Assembly: GCA_963664015.2 (NCBI GenBank)
Contig: CAXXLF010000002.1
Coordinates: 1,728,001 to 1,792,000, forward strand
DNA from: Candidatus Binatia bacterium
GTDB taxonomy: Bacteria > Desulfobacterota > Binatia > UBA9968 > CAXXLF01
Length of the DNA stretch: 64,000 nucleotides
Reading direction: 5' to 3'
This document shows positions 31,212 through 40,509 of the stretch, one piece after another. The position numbers and the translations under genes are program-made. The notes beneath the pieces were generated by a model that did no database searches, was not told the DNA's origin, and saw only the letters and a program-made list of their open reading frames with translations. The first letter of the stretch is position 1; every line of letters begins with the position of its first letter.

Positions 31212-32076
31212 AAAATCCCAACGAAGAAACCAGGCGAAAGGCGCCCCGCAGGTGATTCCCATGAGAGCCAACCCCAACTGGTTGTTGCTTGGACTCGCAC
31301 TCATTGGAATGGGGCTTACCAGCTATCTCACCGCATCCACCTGGCTAGCAAAAGACGTTGTCGGTTGCACCGCGGGCAGCGATTGTGACGTCGTACTGGG
31401 TAGCCGCTGGGCAACGCTGTTTGACGTACCCACTTCGCTCTGGGGTTTCCTCGCCTATAGCACACTTGCTGCCATATCTTTTATCAAACGCTCTGACCTC
31501 CACGCCAAACTGGCCTGGTCCGTTGCCATATTTGGAGTTCTATACAGCCTCTACCTGACCTATATCTCCTTTACCCAGCTGGAAGCCGCCTGTCACTACT
31601 GCCTCACTTCGTTATCCCTCCTGCTGGCTATCCTAGGAACCGTGTCTTACCAATGGCCGCGAAATCTGCCTCATTTCTCCTGGCCCCGCTGGTCCCTTTA
31701 TACCGTACCCAGCGGATTGATTCTCGTCGCCGCACTCCACCTTCACTATGCCGGAGCCGACGTCAAGACCGCTGATGTGCCGGAAGACACTAAGTTACGT
31801 GCCCTAGCGGATTACCTGTCTAAGGAAGACGCCAAATTCTATGGGGCTTACTGGTGTCCTGCCTGCCAAGCACAAAAAGCGCTCTTTGGCACCTCGACCC
31901 ATCGCTTGCCCTATGTCGAATGCAGCCCCAATGGACGCAATGCTCAGCCGGCGACCATCTGCACGGTTATGAGTATCCGGAGTTATCCAACTTGGATCAT
32001 TAAAGGCCGACCCCATACGGGAATGTTGAGCCTGAAAGAACTAGCGAGGCTAACCGGTTACACGGATGAGCTGTAA
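31204..32076 (+). CDS. VKOR-thioredoxin fusion (disulfide bond formation)
   Basis: C-x5-CDVVLGS, CHYC in the membrane domain, WCPAC, YVEC, SYPTW. Confidence 0.9.
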   Translation: MAKKSQRRNQAKGAPQVIPMRANPNWLLLGLALIGMGLTSYLTASTWLAKDVVGCTAGSDCDVVLGSRWATLFDVPTSLWGFLAYSTLAAISFIKRSDLHAKLAWSVAIFGVLYSLYLTYISFTQLEAACHYCLTSLSLLLAILGTVSYQWPRNLPHFSWPRWSLYTVPSGLILVAALHLHYAGADVKTADVPEDTKLRALADYLSKEDAKFYGAYWCPACQAQKALFGTSTHRLPYVECSPNGRNAQPATICTVMSIRSYPTWIIKGRPHTGMLSLKELARLTGYTDEL

Positions 32077-32192
32077 CTCCCTCAGACCATACGATTCGTA
32101 CCTGCTTTCATGTGGAACCTAAGAGGAAGTCTCGTTTCTTGACACTCCCCCTTGCAACCGGTTAGGATACGACTCCTTTAAACGAGCTGAAT

Positions 32193-32768
32193 ATGAACGA
32201 CATCATCATCAAGGTTTTCGAGGAAAGCATCGCGACGAAACAATCGTTTCTCAAAAACAACCTGGACCCCCTGGTAGCTGTAATCGAACTTATCGCTCAA
32301 ACCTTTTCCAAAGGTCACAAGCTCCTGATCTTCGGCAACGGGGGAAGCGCCGCCGATGCCCAACATATCGCCGCCGAGTTCGTCAATCGCTTCCGGATCG
32401 AGCGGCCCCCATTACCGGCCCTGGCTCTCACCACCGACACCTCGGCCCTAACCAGTATTGCTAACGACTACGACTACAAGGAAGTCTTCGCCAAGCAGGT
32501 TCGCGCTTTGGGCAAGGAGGGCGACCTGGCCATGGCCATATCCACCAGCGGCAACGCGGCCAATGTCCTTGCCGCCATCGACGCCTGCAAGAAACTCAAG
32601 ATAAAGACCGTAGGCCTTACTGGAGGCACCGGCGGAAAAATGGTAAAAAAAGCCGACCATCTTCTTTGCGTTTCCGAAAGCAAAAGCACAGCCCGAATTC
32701 AGGAGACCCATATTCTCATCGCCCATGTAATCTGTGAAATGGTAGACCAAATACTCTTCCCGTCTTGA
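32193..32768 (+). CDS. gmhA: D-sedoheptulose 7-phosphate isomerase
   Basis: GNGGSAADAQH, ANDY, STSGN, RIQETH. Confidence 0.96.
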   Translation: MNDIIIKVFEESIATKQSFLKNNLDPLVAVIELIAQTFSKGHKLLIFGNGGSAADAQHIAAEFVNRFRIERPPLPALALTTDTSALTSIANDYDYKEVFAKQVRALGKEGDLAMAISTSGNAANVLAAIDACKKLKIKTVGLTGGTGGKMVKKADHLLCVSESKSTARIQETHILIAHVICEMVDQILFPS

Positions 32769-32786
32769 TATTTACCGCTTTGCCCC

Positions 32787-33734
32787 ATGCTTAAAAACAC
32801 CTTCAAACCCATCGACCTTTCAAAGGTCAAAACCTATCCAGCCAAGAAACGTTTTAGCAAGGTGAAGCAAAACCTCCTGGGTAAGCGGCTGCGCAAAGGG
32901 ATGCGGCTCGCGACTTTCCTCGACTCCTTGCCACACATCCTTGCTGCTAAAAGCCTCAAGGAAATTAGCCGAAGCATTGCCCACGCCCATAGTCGCCATA
33001 AGACCGTGCTTCTGGGGATGGGTGCCCACTCCATCAAGGTCGGCCTGAGCCCCTTGATCATCGACCTCATGCGGCGCGGCATATTGAGCGCCGTAGCCAT
33101 GAATGGTGCCGGGATCATCCACGATTTCGAACTCGCCTTCATGGGTCAAACCTCCGAAGAGGTGGGGTCTAGCCTCAAGGATGGAAGCTTTGGAATGGCA
33201 CGGGAAACCGGTGCCTTCTTAAACGACGCGATTACAGAAGGACATGAACACGGATTTGGAATCGGTCAGGCCGTGGGCAGCGCTATGCTCAAGAAACGAT
33301 TGCCGCATGCGCATTTGAGCATCCTTGCGGCAGCGGCGAGGCTGGGTATACCGGTTACCGTCCATGTGGCCATGGGGACCGATATCATCCACATGCACCC
33401 CAAGGCCAATGGAAAGGCACTGGGTGCCGGTAGCCTGGCGGATTTTCATACTCTGACCTCGGTCGTGACGACACTCAAGGACGGGGTTTTTCTCAATTTC
33501 GGCTCTGCGGTCATTCTTCCCGAGGTGTTTTTAAAGGCCTTGAACCTGGCTCGCAATCTGGGGCATCCCGTCACCAACCTGACCACAGTCAACCTGGATT
33601 TCCTTTCCCATTACCGTCCCCTCACCAATGTGGTTCACCGTCCCACGCTGGGAAGCGGTAAAGGATACAACCTGATCGGACACCTCGAGATCATGGCTCC
33701 ATTGCTCTTTGCTTCGGTGTTGGAAGAACTCTAA
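32787..33734 (+). CDS. conserved hypothetical protein, deoxyhypusine-synthase-like fold
   Basis: GMGAHSIKVGL, MNGAGIIHDFE, GTDIIHMHP, GSAVILPEVFLKAL. Confidence 0.6.
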   Translation: MLKNTFKPIDLSKVKTYPAKKRFSKVKQNLLGKRLRKGMRLATFLDSLPHILAAKSLKEISRSIAHAHSRHKTVLLGMGAHSIKVGLSPLIIDLMRRGILSAVAMNGAGIIHDFELAFMGQTSEEVGSSLKDGSFGMARETGAFLNDAITEGHEHGFGIGQAVGSAMLKKRLPHAHLSILAAAARLGIPVTVHVAMGTDIIHMHPKANGKALGAGSLADFHTLTSVVTTLKDGVFLNFGSAVILPEVFLKALNLARNLGHPVTNLTTVNLDFLSHYRPLTNVVHRPTLGSGKGYNLIGHLEIMAPLLFASVLEEL

Positions 33735-33768
33735 AAACAAATATTTGTAACGGCGAAGGTCTTTACAC

Positions 33769-34424
33769 ATGGAACTCTTGGGTCAGGAGTTGATGGACGT
33801 GTACCAACGTCTCTACCGATACTACGGGGACCTGCACTGGTGGCCCGGTGCCGGCCCTCTGGAGGTATCCGTCGGTGCCATCCTTACCTAAAATACCGCC
33901 TGGTCCAATGTGGAAAAAGCCATAGAGTTATTGAAGCAAGAACGGCTGCTTTCGGTCAAAGCACTGGGCCGCTTATCCCACAGCGATTTTGCACGCCACA
34001 TCAAGCCCTCGGGTATTTCAATGTAAAGGCCCGACGCCTGAAGCACTTCATCTCGTTTTTGCGGACCCGTTACCAGGGCAACTTGCAACATATGGTCCAT
34101 GAGCCCACGGCGGACTTGCGTGAAGCCCTGCTCTCGGTCAATGGGATTGGACCCGAAACCGCCGACTCGATTCTTCTCTACGCCCTCCAGATGCCTATCT
34201 TTGTTATTGATATCTACACTAAGAGAATGTTCTCATGCCACGGTTTGATTCGCTACGAGGGAAACTACGAAGAATACCAGAGGCTGTTCATGATGGCGCT
34301 TCCACCAGATGCCCCCCTAGACAATCAGTACCATGCCATGCTCGTCCACAAGGGCAAGGATTTTTGCCGGTCGCGTCCCCGGTGCGAGGTCTGCCCACTT
34401 AGCTGCCTTCGATGCCCTTATTAA
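33769..34424 (+). pseudogene. endonuclease III-like HhH-GPD protein with nonsense codon and frameshift
   Basis: WWP...VGAILT*NTAWSNVEKA (TAA 33889-33891 in place of Q); shift at about 34010; GIGPETADSILLYA; CRSRPRCEVCPL FeS motif. Confidence 0.85.
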
Positions 34425-34903
34425 TGACCTCCTTCGTGCTATTGGCCCAATTGTTCCCTGGTGCACCGGTTGGATCCTACGGGTTTCATAGGCAGAATTC
34501 ACCGTTGGTTGGGTGATCTAGTCCCAGGGTCGGGTTGGCGAACCATTTTGATCACTGGCTACTGACCATTGCGCACTAGAGATCCTTGTTAATAAAAGGG
34601 ATCTCGTCTTCGTGGACTACTCCGTTCAGAACAATTACCCCACGTTCTCAGCGCCTTAACCCAAACCTCCCTTGCCCCATGCTCAAGGGAGCAACGCCTT
34701 CGGCATTGGCACCCCTTGGAACACCTTTTACTTAATCTTAAGGGCATAGAACAGGATGGAGAAACGGTCGAGAAGATTAGAAGACCAATGATTTGGGGAG
34801 TCGTGCAATTCGCTTGATGGTCCCAAAGCCCGTTCTCCGGTTTCCTTGTGCCATGTAATCATGAATCAGCTCAAACGCTCGTAGGCCGACTGGAGGAATT
34901 TAC

Positions 34904-36151
34904 ATGACCCCAAACGCGGAATTTACTTTCTCCCTGCAGCTCTTCATATACGTTCTAACGCTACCCGTATCCTGGATCCCTGCGGTTCATACGAGTATCC
35001 TGCGTTATCTTTGGGACTTCTCCAATCCGATGGATGCAACGGTAAAATCAGTGGTGTTCCTGCTTCCGGCCCTACACCTAATTGTCACCCTGTGCGTGAC
35101 CATGCTGGCCATCTACACGATCCCCTTTCGTTCCGGCCGGGGCCCATTTATCGTAGCGCTGATCACTGCCTGGTGGAACTCCGGCCGAACTATTGCCCTT
35201 TACTGGTTGGGATTCATCAGGGCTGCTTTCCCTACTCTAGGTTGGATTTGGGGGTTCATCCGGTTCGTTACCGGGGGGATTTATCTCGCCGTCGTCAAGG
35301 TGCTCATGCTTCCCCTGTCCATCGTTAAACGCGCGACCCGTAGCTCCTTAATGCCTGGTATCCCGTGGATTGCCATCGGGATGACCATGCTCTGGATCAT
35401 CCTGGAAGCGAGTCTGTTTAGCTTTACACTGCTCCCGACTGTATCCGAGATAGCCGCTGACCTCGGTGGAGTCCGCAGCAACAATGTCTTACTGCAGCCG
35501 GCACTGTTTTTCATACTCTTTATGCTCATCGCCGGTAGTTTGCCCTATATGCAAGTCATGGTGGAGTCGATTCAAACAAAAAATTACAAGGACACCGTTC
35601 AGATGGCCATGGTCGAGATTTTCGTCATGTTTGTCGAGGTTGTCTCCCTCTACCGCGAGCTCGCCGATGCCATTACTCCCGCGCTGGCCCAACAAAGCGG
35701 TGGCGAAGTCTGAATCGGTTTCTTCGGAGTACTTATGATCTCAGCGGTCGCCTGGACCGGGATACGGGGAATGACCTGGTTTCTCTTCGGAAAGTATGGA
35801 ACGCCAACTCTTCTCGCCATCATCCCGGGCCGAGGTCTTACAGAATCGCAAACTTCACCAAAAGACCAGGAGGCTTAAATCTTTCCCTGGACCAAAGAGA
35901 TGATCGGTCATGTCAAGGCCGAGATCGGATGGTTTCGAAATACCGGCAAGGAGCTGCTGGAAGCCTACGTCCTGCCGCCGCTTCAGCTCATAGCTGCAAC
36001 GATCAATTTGCTAATGGTCTTTTTTACCGGCCATCATCTGTTCCGGTTACCACTGAAATTGCTTCATGCGTTCATGAAAACCGGAGAGCTCATGAAGCTT
36101 GCCAAGATGCCAGCAGAAGGCTCCACCAGTAAGAGTAGCTCAAAATCTTAG
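34904..36151 (+). pseudogene. polytopic membrane protein of unknown function with two in-frame stops
   Basis: ORFs 34904-35713 and 35900-36151 are in the same frame; the intervening frame reads as protein (WTGIRGMTWFLFGKYGTPTLLAII); TGA 35711, TAA 35876. Confidence 0.7.
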
Positions 36152-36189
36152 ATCCTTGGAAAGATACCCCCAAAATTTACCGATTTCCA

Positions 36190-36942
36190 ATACTGCTGAT
36201 CGTCTTTATACTCTTTACATCCGGTTGTGATTTCTTCAAACCTAAGAAAGAGAACCCGCGCCTTTCCCTTTTTATTGGTGTCGATGTCAGTGGCTCCTTC
36301 ACCAAATCGAAAAAATTTAGGGACTCCCTTCGTTTTCTTTCCTATTACATTTACGGTCACCTCCATGGTATTGGCAGCCTGGAAAAACCGAGGGCCCTAT
36401 TTGTCAGGTCCATAGGCAGGGATTCTCCCAACGAGCCCAAAGCCTTCCACCCTATACAGGAATTTGAGCGAAAGAGCGCCAAGCAAATCGGGGAGAAACT
36501 GACGAAGCTCTACAATATTCAGGGAAACTTCATGACCGACTTCAACGCCTTTTTCTTGCGCGTCTCCGAAACCGTACGGGAACAGGGCCTAGCACTGGCT
36601 CCTCTGACCATCGTTGTCGCCAGTGATGGAGTTCCTGATGTTGCAGTTGATAACGGCCGGAGGATCGTTGAGGGACTCTACGACAAGATAGACCTTTCCC
36701 CCCTGGAATACCTCGCCCGAAACGTGCCCATCCGGGTTCTATACCCGAATCCTACGGTCGCCCAGAAGTGGGAGCGAACTATCCCTCGGCAACGAGTCAG
36801 GATCTGGCCCGTCGAGGCCGTCATTATGCGAGGCTGGCACGAGCAAAGGGACAAGTGTCCAGTCATCGAGCAAGAGGAACGCTTCTGGAAGTGGGCCCAG
36901 GAAGTCGTCAATCACCGCGTACGCCGGCAAAAATTCTTATAG
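36190..36942 (+). CDS. vWA-like lipoprotein (no clear start codon; possibly pseudogene)
   Basis: Open frame upstream of ATG 36532 gives ILLIVFILFTSGC (lipobox-like), LFIGVDVSGSF (DxSxS MIDAS), TDF, ASDG. Confidence 0.6.
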   Translation: MLLIVFILFTSGCDFFKPKKENPRLSLFIGVDVSGSFTKSKKFRDSLRFLSYYIYGHLHGIGSLEKPRALFVRSIGRDSPNEPKAFHPIQEFERKSAKQIGEKLTKLYNIQGNFMTDFNAFFLRVSETVREQGLALAPLTIVVASDGVPDVAVDNGRRIVEGLYDKIDLSPLEYLARNVPIRVLYPNPTVAQKWERTIPRQRVRIWPVEAVIMRGWHEQRDKCPVIEQEERFWKWAQEVVNHRVRRQKFL

Positions 36943-37289
36943 TCGCTGCAATGCCATTACTCCTTCTGTGTCATTTCATCGGCGCGGGTATCCGTTAATG
37001 GCCCGACCCCTTAATCTTATCGGTCGATGGTCCCCTGGCAACGGGTGCACTCCTGTGTGTCCCGGCAATCCCCCATCCCGGAATTAAGCTATTCCCACAA
37101 ACGCGCATAATACGACGTGTCCAATAATCCTGCCTATTTGCCTCATTGTCCTCGCCCTTCGAAGTCATTACCGCAACTCCACAGGCACGGTCCTTTAAGG
37201 CCTCGGTTCGGCCGTACCCCCGCTCTCTAACGGCGAAAAGGTGCAGAACGGGGTTTACCCTAGGCAGCTTTTTAGTTAGATTCGTTCCC

Positions 37290-38081
37290 ATGGCAGAACC
37301 AAGGATCGTAACCCTGACCACGGACTTTGGTTACCAAGACCCCTTTGTAGGGATTTTGAAAGGGGTTCTCCTCGGACTTAACCCCACCCTCCGTATCGTG
37401 GATATCAGTCATGGAGTCCCGCCGCAGAGAATTTTAGCAGGGGCCTTGATTCTGAGCGGATCGGTCCCTTTTTTTCCTCCAGGCACCATTCATGTGGGCG
37501 TTGTTGATCCCGGCGTGGGCAGCGAGAGACGCCCTTTACTTATCGAGGCTGGGGGATTCTATTTTGTGGGACCCGATAACGGGCTTTTTAGTTTGGCACT
37601 GCGAGGATTGGAGGTTCAGCGGGTTATCCAACTGACTAACGACTCTTATCATTTGAAGCCAACCAGCGCGACCTTTCATGGCAGGGATATCTTTGCTCCC
37701 GTGGCGGCACACCTTTCCCTCGGCGTACCCATACAAGAACTGGGAATCCCTACCGACGCTATCACGAGATTGCCCCGGCCCGAGGTTATTCACAAGAAGC
37801 AAAAACTCCACGGGGAGATCGTCTACGCAGACCACTTTGGTAACCTGATCACCAACATTCAGGCGGAAGACCTTACGCTCTTCCCAAAGGAGTCTCTTTC
37901 CGTTAGCATAGGCGGGAGAAAAATACGTGGCCTTTCGACCCGCTACACCGCCGTAAGCGAGGGGAAGCTTGTTGCCTTGATCAACAGTTGGAGGTACCTG
38001 GAGATCGCCGTGCGGAACGGATCCGCACGGGAACTATGCCGAATCTCCCTCGGAGCCCGAGTAGTCGTTTCACAAACCTAA
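37290..38081 (+). CDS. SAM hydroxide adenosyltransferase / chlorinase-fluorinase (DUF62) family
   Basis: TLTTDFG, VVDPGVGS, GPDNG, TFHGRDIFAP, DHFGNLITN. Confidence 0.92.
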   Translation: MAEPRIVTLTTDFGYQDPFVGILKGVLLGLNPTLRIVDISHGVPPQRILAGALILSGSVPFFPPGTIHVGVVDPGVGSERRPLLIEAGGFYFVGPDNGLFSLALRGLEVQRVIQLTNDSYHLKPTSATFHGRDIFAPVAAHLSLGVPIQELGIPTDAITRLPRPEVIHKKQKLHGEIVYADHFGNLITNIQAEDLTLFPKESLSVSIGGRKIRGLSTRYTAVSEGKLVALINSWRYLEIAVRNGSARELCRISLGARVVVSQT

Positions 38082-38114
38082 CAAGGATTGATGCCGCCAT
38101 CTTTGGAGCTTCAC

Positions 38115-38576
38115 ATGAACCAACGTCTGACCTGGGACCAATACTTTATGACGATTACCCAACAGGTAGCGGAACGTTCCACCTGTCAAAGAGCCAAAGT
38201 CGGGGCCGTCATTGTACGGGACCGAAACATCTTAGCCACGGGCTATAACGGGGCCCCCGCTGGCATGCCCCATTGTACTGATGCCGGTTGCCTAATTTAC
38301 GAGTCCAAGACACCCAACGGAGACATCGAGCAGAACTGCTTTCGTACCATCCATGCGGAGATCAACGCCATCGCCCAGGCTGCCAAAAATGGATCCAACA
38401 TTAAAGACACGTCCATCTACGTCACCCACACCCCCTGCATCCACTGCCTGAAAGTCCTGGTCAACACCGGCATTCGCAGTGTTTTCTACGAGAAGCCTTA
38501 TAAGATCCATACCCTGGAAGAGATCCTGCGTAACACGCGGGTTCAGATGGAACAGGTGGAATTACCGCCGAAATGA
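38115..38576 (+). CDS. dCMP deaminase (ComEB family)
   Basis: RSTC, TGYNG, HAEINA, PCIHC. Confidence 0.92.
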   Translation: MNQRLTWDQYFMTITQQVAERSTCQRAKVGAVIVRDRNILATGYNGAPAGMPHCTDAGCLIYESKTPNGDIEQNCFRTIHAEINAIAQAAKNGSNIKDTSIYVTHTPCIHCLKVLVNTGIRSVFYEKPYKIHTLEEILRNTRVQMEQVELPPK

Positions 38577-38686
38577 AGCCTCCACGTGCTTACCTCCGTG
38601 GTAACCTTCTTTATCTTTGGCGGAATCCGCGGTCACACCCTCCTTGCCTACTCCGCCGAAGCAGCCGCTTCGGCTGCGAAGGCGGA
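38571..38686. mobile_element. non-autonomous palindromic element, copy 2 (shorter)
   Basis: Aligns with 7031-7115. Confidence 0.6.
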
Positions 38687-38722
38687 AAAAAAAGGGCAGG
38701 GAAGCATCCCCGCCCTTTTTTT
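38686..38722. terminator. bidirectional intrinsic terminator between convergent genes
   Basis: A8-GGGCAGGGA-loop-TCCCCGCCC-T7. Confidence 0.8.
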
Positions 38723-38742
38723 CTACCCACAACCGATTCTGC

Positions 38743-39069
38743 TTAGATCTTAAGCTGAAGCAGAAAGGCTATCAATAGAGCATAAATGGCAAGGGCCTCG
38801 ATGAAGGCCAACCCGAGAAGCAGAGGAGTAAATAGCTTTTCCGCTGCATTCGGATTCCTGCCGATGCTCTCCATTGCGGTGGCAGCCAGCTTGCCCTGCC
38901 CCAGTGCCGCCCCAAAGGCGGCGATGGCAATAGCGAATCCCGAGGCCAACGCAATGGCTACCTTCGCCGCTGAGTCAGTTTCACCGGTAGCTTCCGCGGC
39001 CATCGCTGTGGAACTAAAATAAACCAACCACAGGACCACGGCCGTGAAGAACGATAGTAATCTTTTCAT
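38743..39069 (-). CDS. atpE: ATP synthase F0 subunit c with N-terminal signal-like extension
   Basis: GQG, RNP loop, FIEALAIY. Confidence 0.96.
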   Translation of the reverse strand: MKRLLSFFTAVVLWLVYFSSTAMAAEATGETDSAAKVAIALASGFAIAIAAFGAALGQGKLAATAMESIGRNPNAAEKLFTPLLLGLAFIEALAIYALLIAFLLQLKI

Positions 39070-39143
39070 CCCTTCCTCCTTTCCAGCGGAATTCTGAGCG
39101 CCACTCCTCTCTTCTCTCCTCTTCCTTGCTCATTTCCATCCGC

Positions 39144-39827
39144 TTAATGCTCATGGCTCATAGCCATGGCAACATAGATAATACTCAATATGGTAAAGAC
39201 CGAAGCCTGAATCACCGACACGAGAGTTCCCAGCAGGTAAAAGGCAACCGGAATACCTACCTTGGTCAAGCTGGTAAAAATCTCAATCACTAGGTGGTCC
39301 CCAAAGATATTGCCGAACAAACGGAGCCCGAGTGAAAGAGGACGCACCAGGTGAGAAACAAGCTCCAAAATCACAAAGAAGGGAGCCAGAAACAACACCG
39401 GCCCCATGAACTGCTTGAGGTAGCCAATCCCATTTTCTTTGAAGCCAATGAAATTGTAGGCAACAAACGAGGTCAGTCCCAATCCCAGTGTGGTGTTCAG
39501 ATTGCTCGTTGGCGGTGAAAATCCCGGTACCAATCCCGAGAGGTTGGAAAATAGAATAAATATAAAAAAGCTAGCGAACAGGGGAACATATTTCCTACCT
39601 GCTTTGCCGATAATCCCATCGCTCAATGTGATGATCAACGAGATCAGCAGCTCCATCAGATTACGGAGTCCCAGACCTTCGTTAGGAACGACCGGGTCCG
39701 TTGCCGCTAGCAGGGCGCGCCTGGCCCCGAATCCCACCACCGCAAGCCCAACAACAAGAACAACGGCGAAGAAGACATGCTGGGGTAAAAAGGGAACCAA
39801 CATATTCCATGCGAACGGATGCTCCAC
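39144..39827 (-). CDS. atpB: ATP synthase F0 subunit a
   Basis: PTSNLN, RPLSLGLRLFGN, IQASVF. Confidence 0.96.
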   Translation of the reverse strand: MEHPFAWNMLVPFLPQHVFFAVVLVVGLAVVGFGARRALLAATDPVVPNEGLGLRNLMELLISLIITLSDGIIGKAGRKYVPLFASFFIFILFSNLSGLVPGFSPPTSNLNTTLGLGLTSFVAYNFIGFKENGIGYLKQFMGPVLFLAPFFVILELVSHLVRPLSLGLRLFGNIFGDHLVIEIFTSLTKVGIPVAFYLLGTLVSVIQASVFTILSIIYVAMAMSHEH

Positions 39828-40220
39828 TTAATTCTGCACCTCTATGGAGTAGTCCCGCCCATACCACAACCCATGGGCCACCGCCGCAACCAGGAGGCAG
39901 GAAACCCCTAGCGCAAACGACATGGCGTCCAACCCAATACGGAAGAAAAAGACCGAAATCAATCCCAACAAAAGCACCAACTTGAGCACCAGGAGAAAAA
40001 CCCCTGATCGAACCCTTCCCTTACCGGCGAAAGGTGTCAGCACCCAGCGAATACTGTACCCCAAAAGAAGGAAGTTGGCCCCCATAAACACGGCACCGGC
40101 TATCAGGCTATAGGGTTCGAGTATTCCCATGGGTACCAGTATAGAAAACAGGGATAAAACTATCACCCCGTGCCAAAGTTCGACTTGAATGATCGGTGAA
40201 CTTAATCCTGCGATTCTCAT
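39828..40220 (-). CDS. atpI: ATP synthase protein I
   Basis: Four-TM protein directly upstream of atpB. Confidence 0.75.
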   Translation of the reverse strand: MRIAGLSSPIIQVELWHGVIVLSLFSILVPMGILEPYSLIAGAVFMGANFLLLGYSIRWVLTPFAGKGRVRSGVFLLVLKLVLLLGLISVFFFRIGLDAMSFALGVSCLLVAAVAHGLWYGRDYSIEVQN

Positions 40221-40474
40221 TTTTTATCGTTTGACAGTCGCCGTAGCACAAGCACTAATCGAACAAAGGCTCCAAAGAGGGCCAAGAGGGTTAGGCTCGC
40301 TACGTACCACGGAGACGTGTCGAAGTGCCTGTCCAGCAAATAGCCTAGGATGAGCCCTCCCAGGACGGTACTTGGAAATTCTACACCAATCGCTAGGTAT
40401 TGGCTGATTTTGACAAAGGCAGGAGTCTTGTCCTCCGGACCGGTCTTTCGGCGATCCGTACCGCTAGAACTCAC
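40217..40474 (-). CDS. AtpZ/AtpI family protein
   Basis: GLILGYLLDRHFDTSPW motif; GTG start. Confidence 0.85.
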   Translation of the reverse strand: MSSSGTDRRKTGPEDKTPAFVKISQYLAIGVEFPSTVLGGLILGYLLDRHFDTSPWYVASLTLLALFGAFVRLVLVLRRLSNDKK

Positions 40475-40509
40475 TTACCTATTTCCTTAGCATGGGCCAT
40501 CCTAGACGG

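Noticed and set aside
34430-34900. Hairpins in the spacer (GAGATCC/GGATCTC; CAAGGG...CCCTTG) as an ncRNA or riboswitch
   Set aside because: No recognisable family motif; more likely decayed REP-like sequence between two pseudogenes
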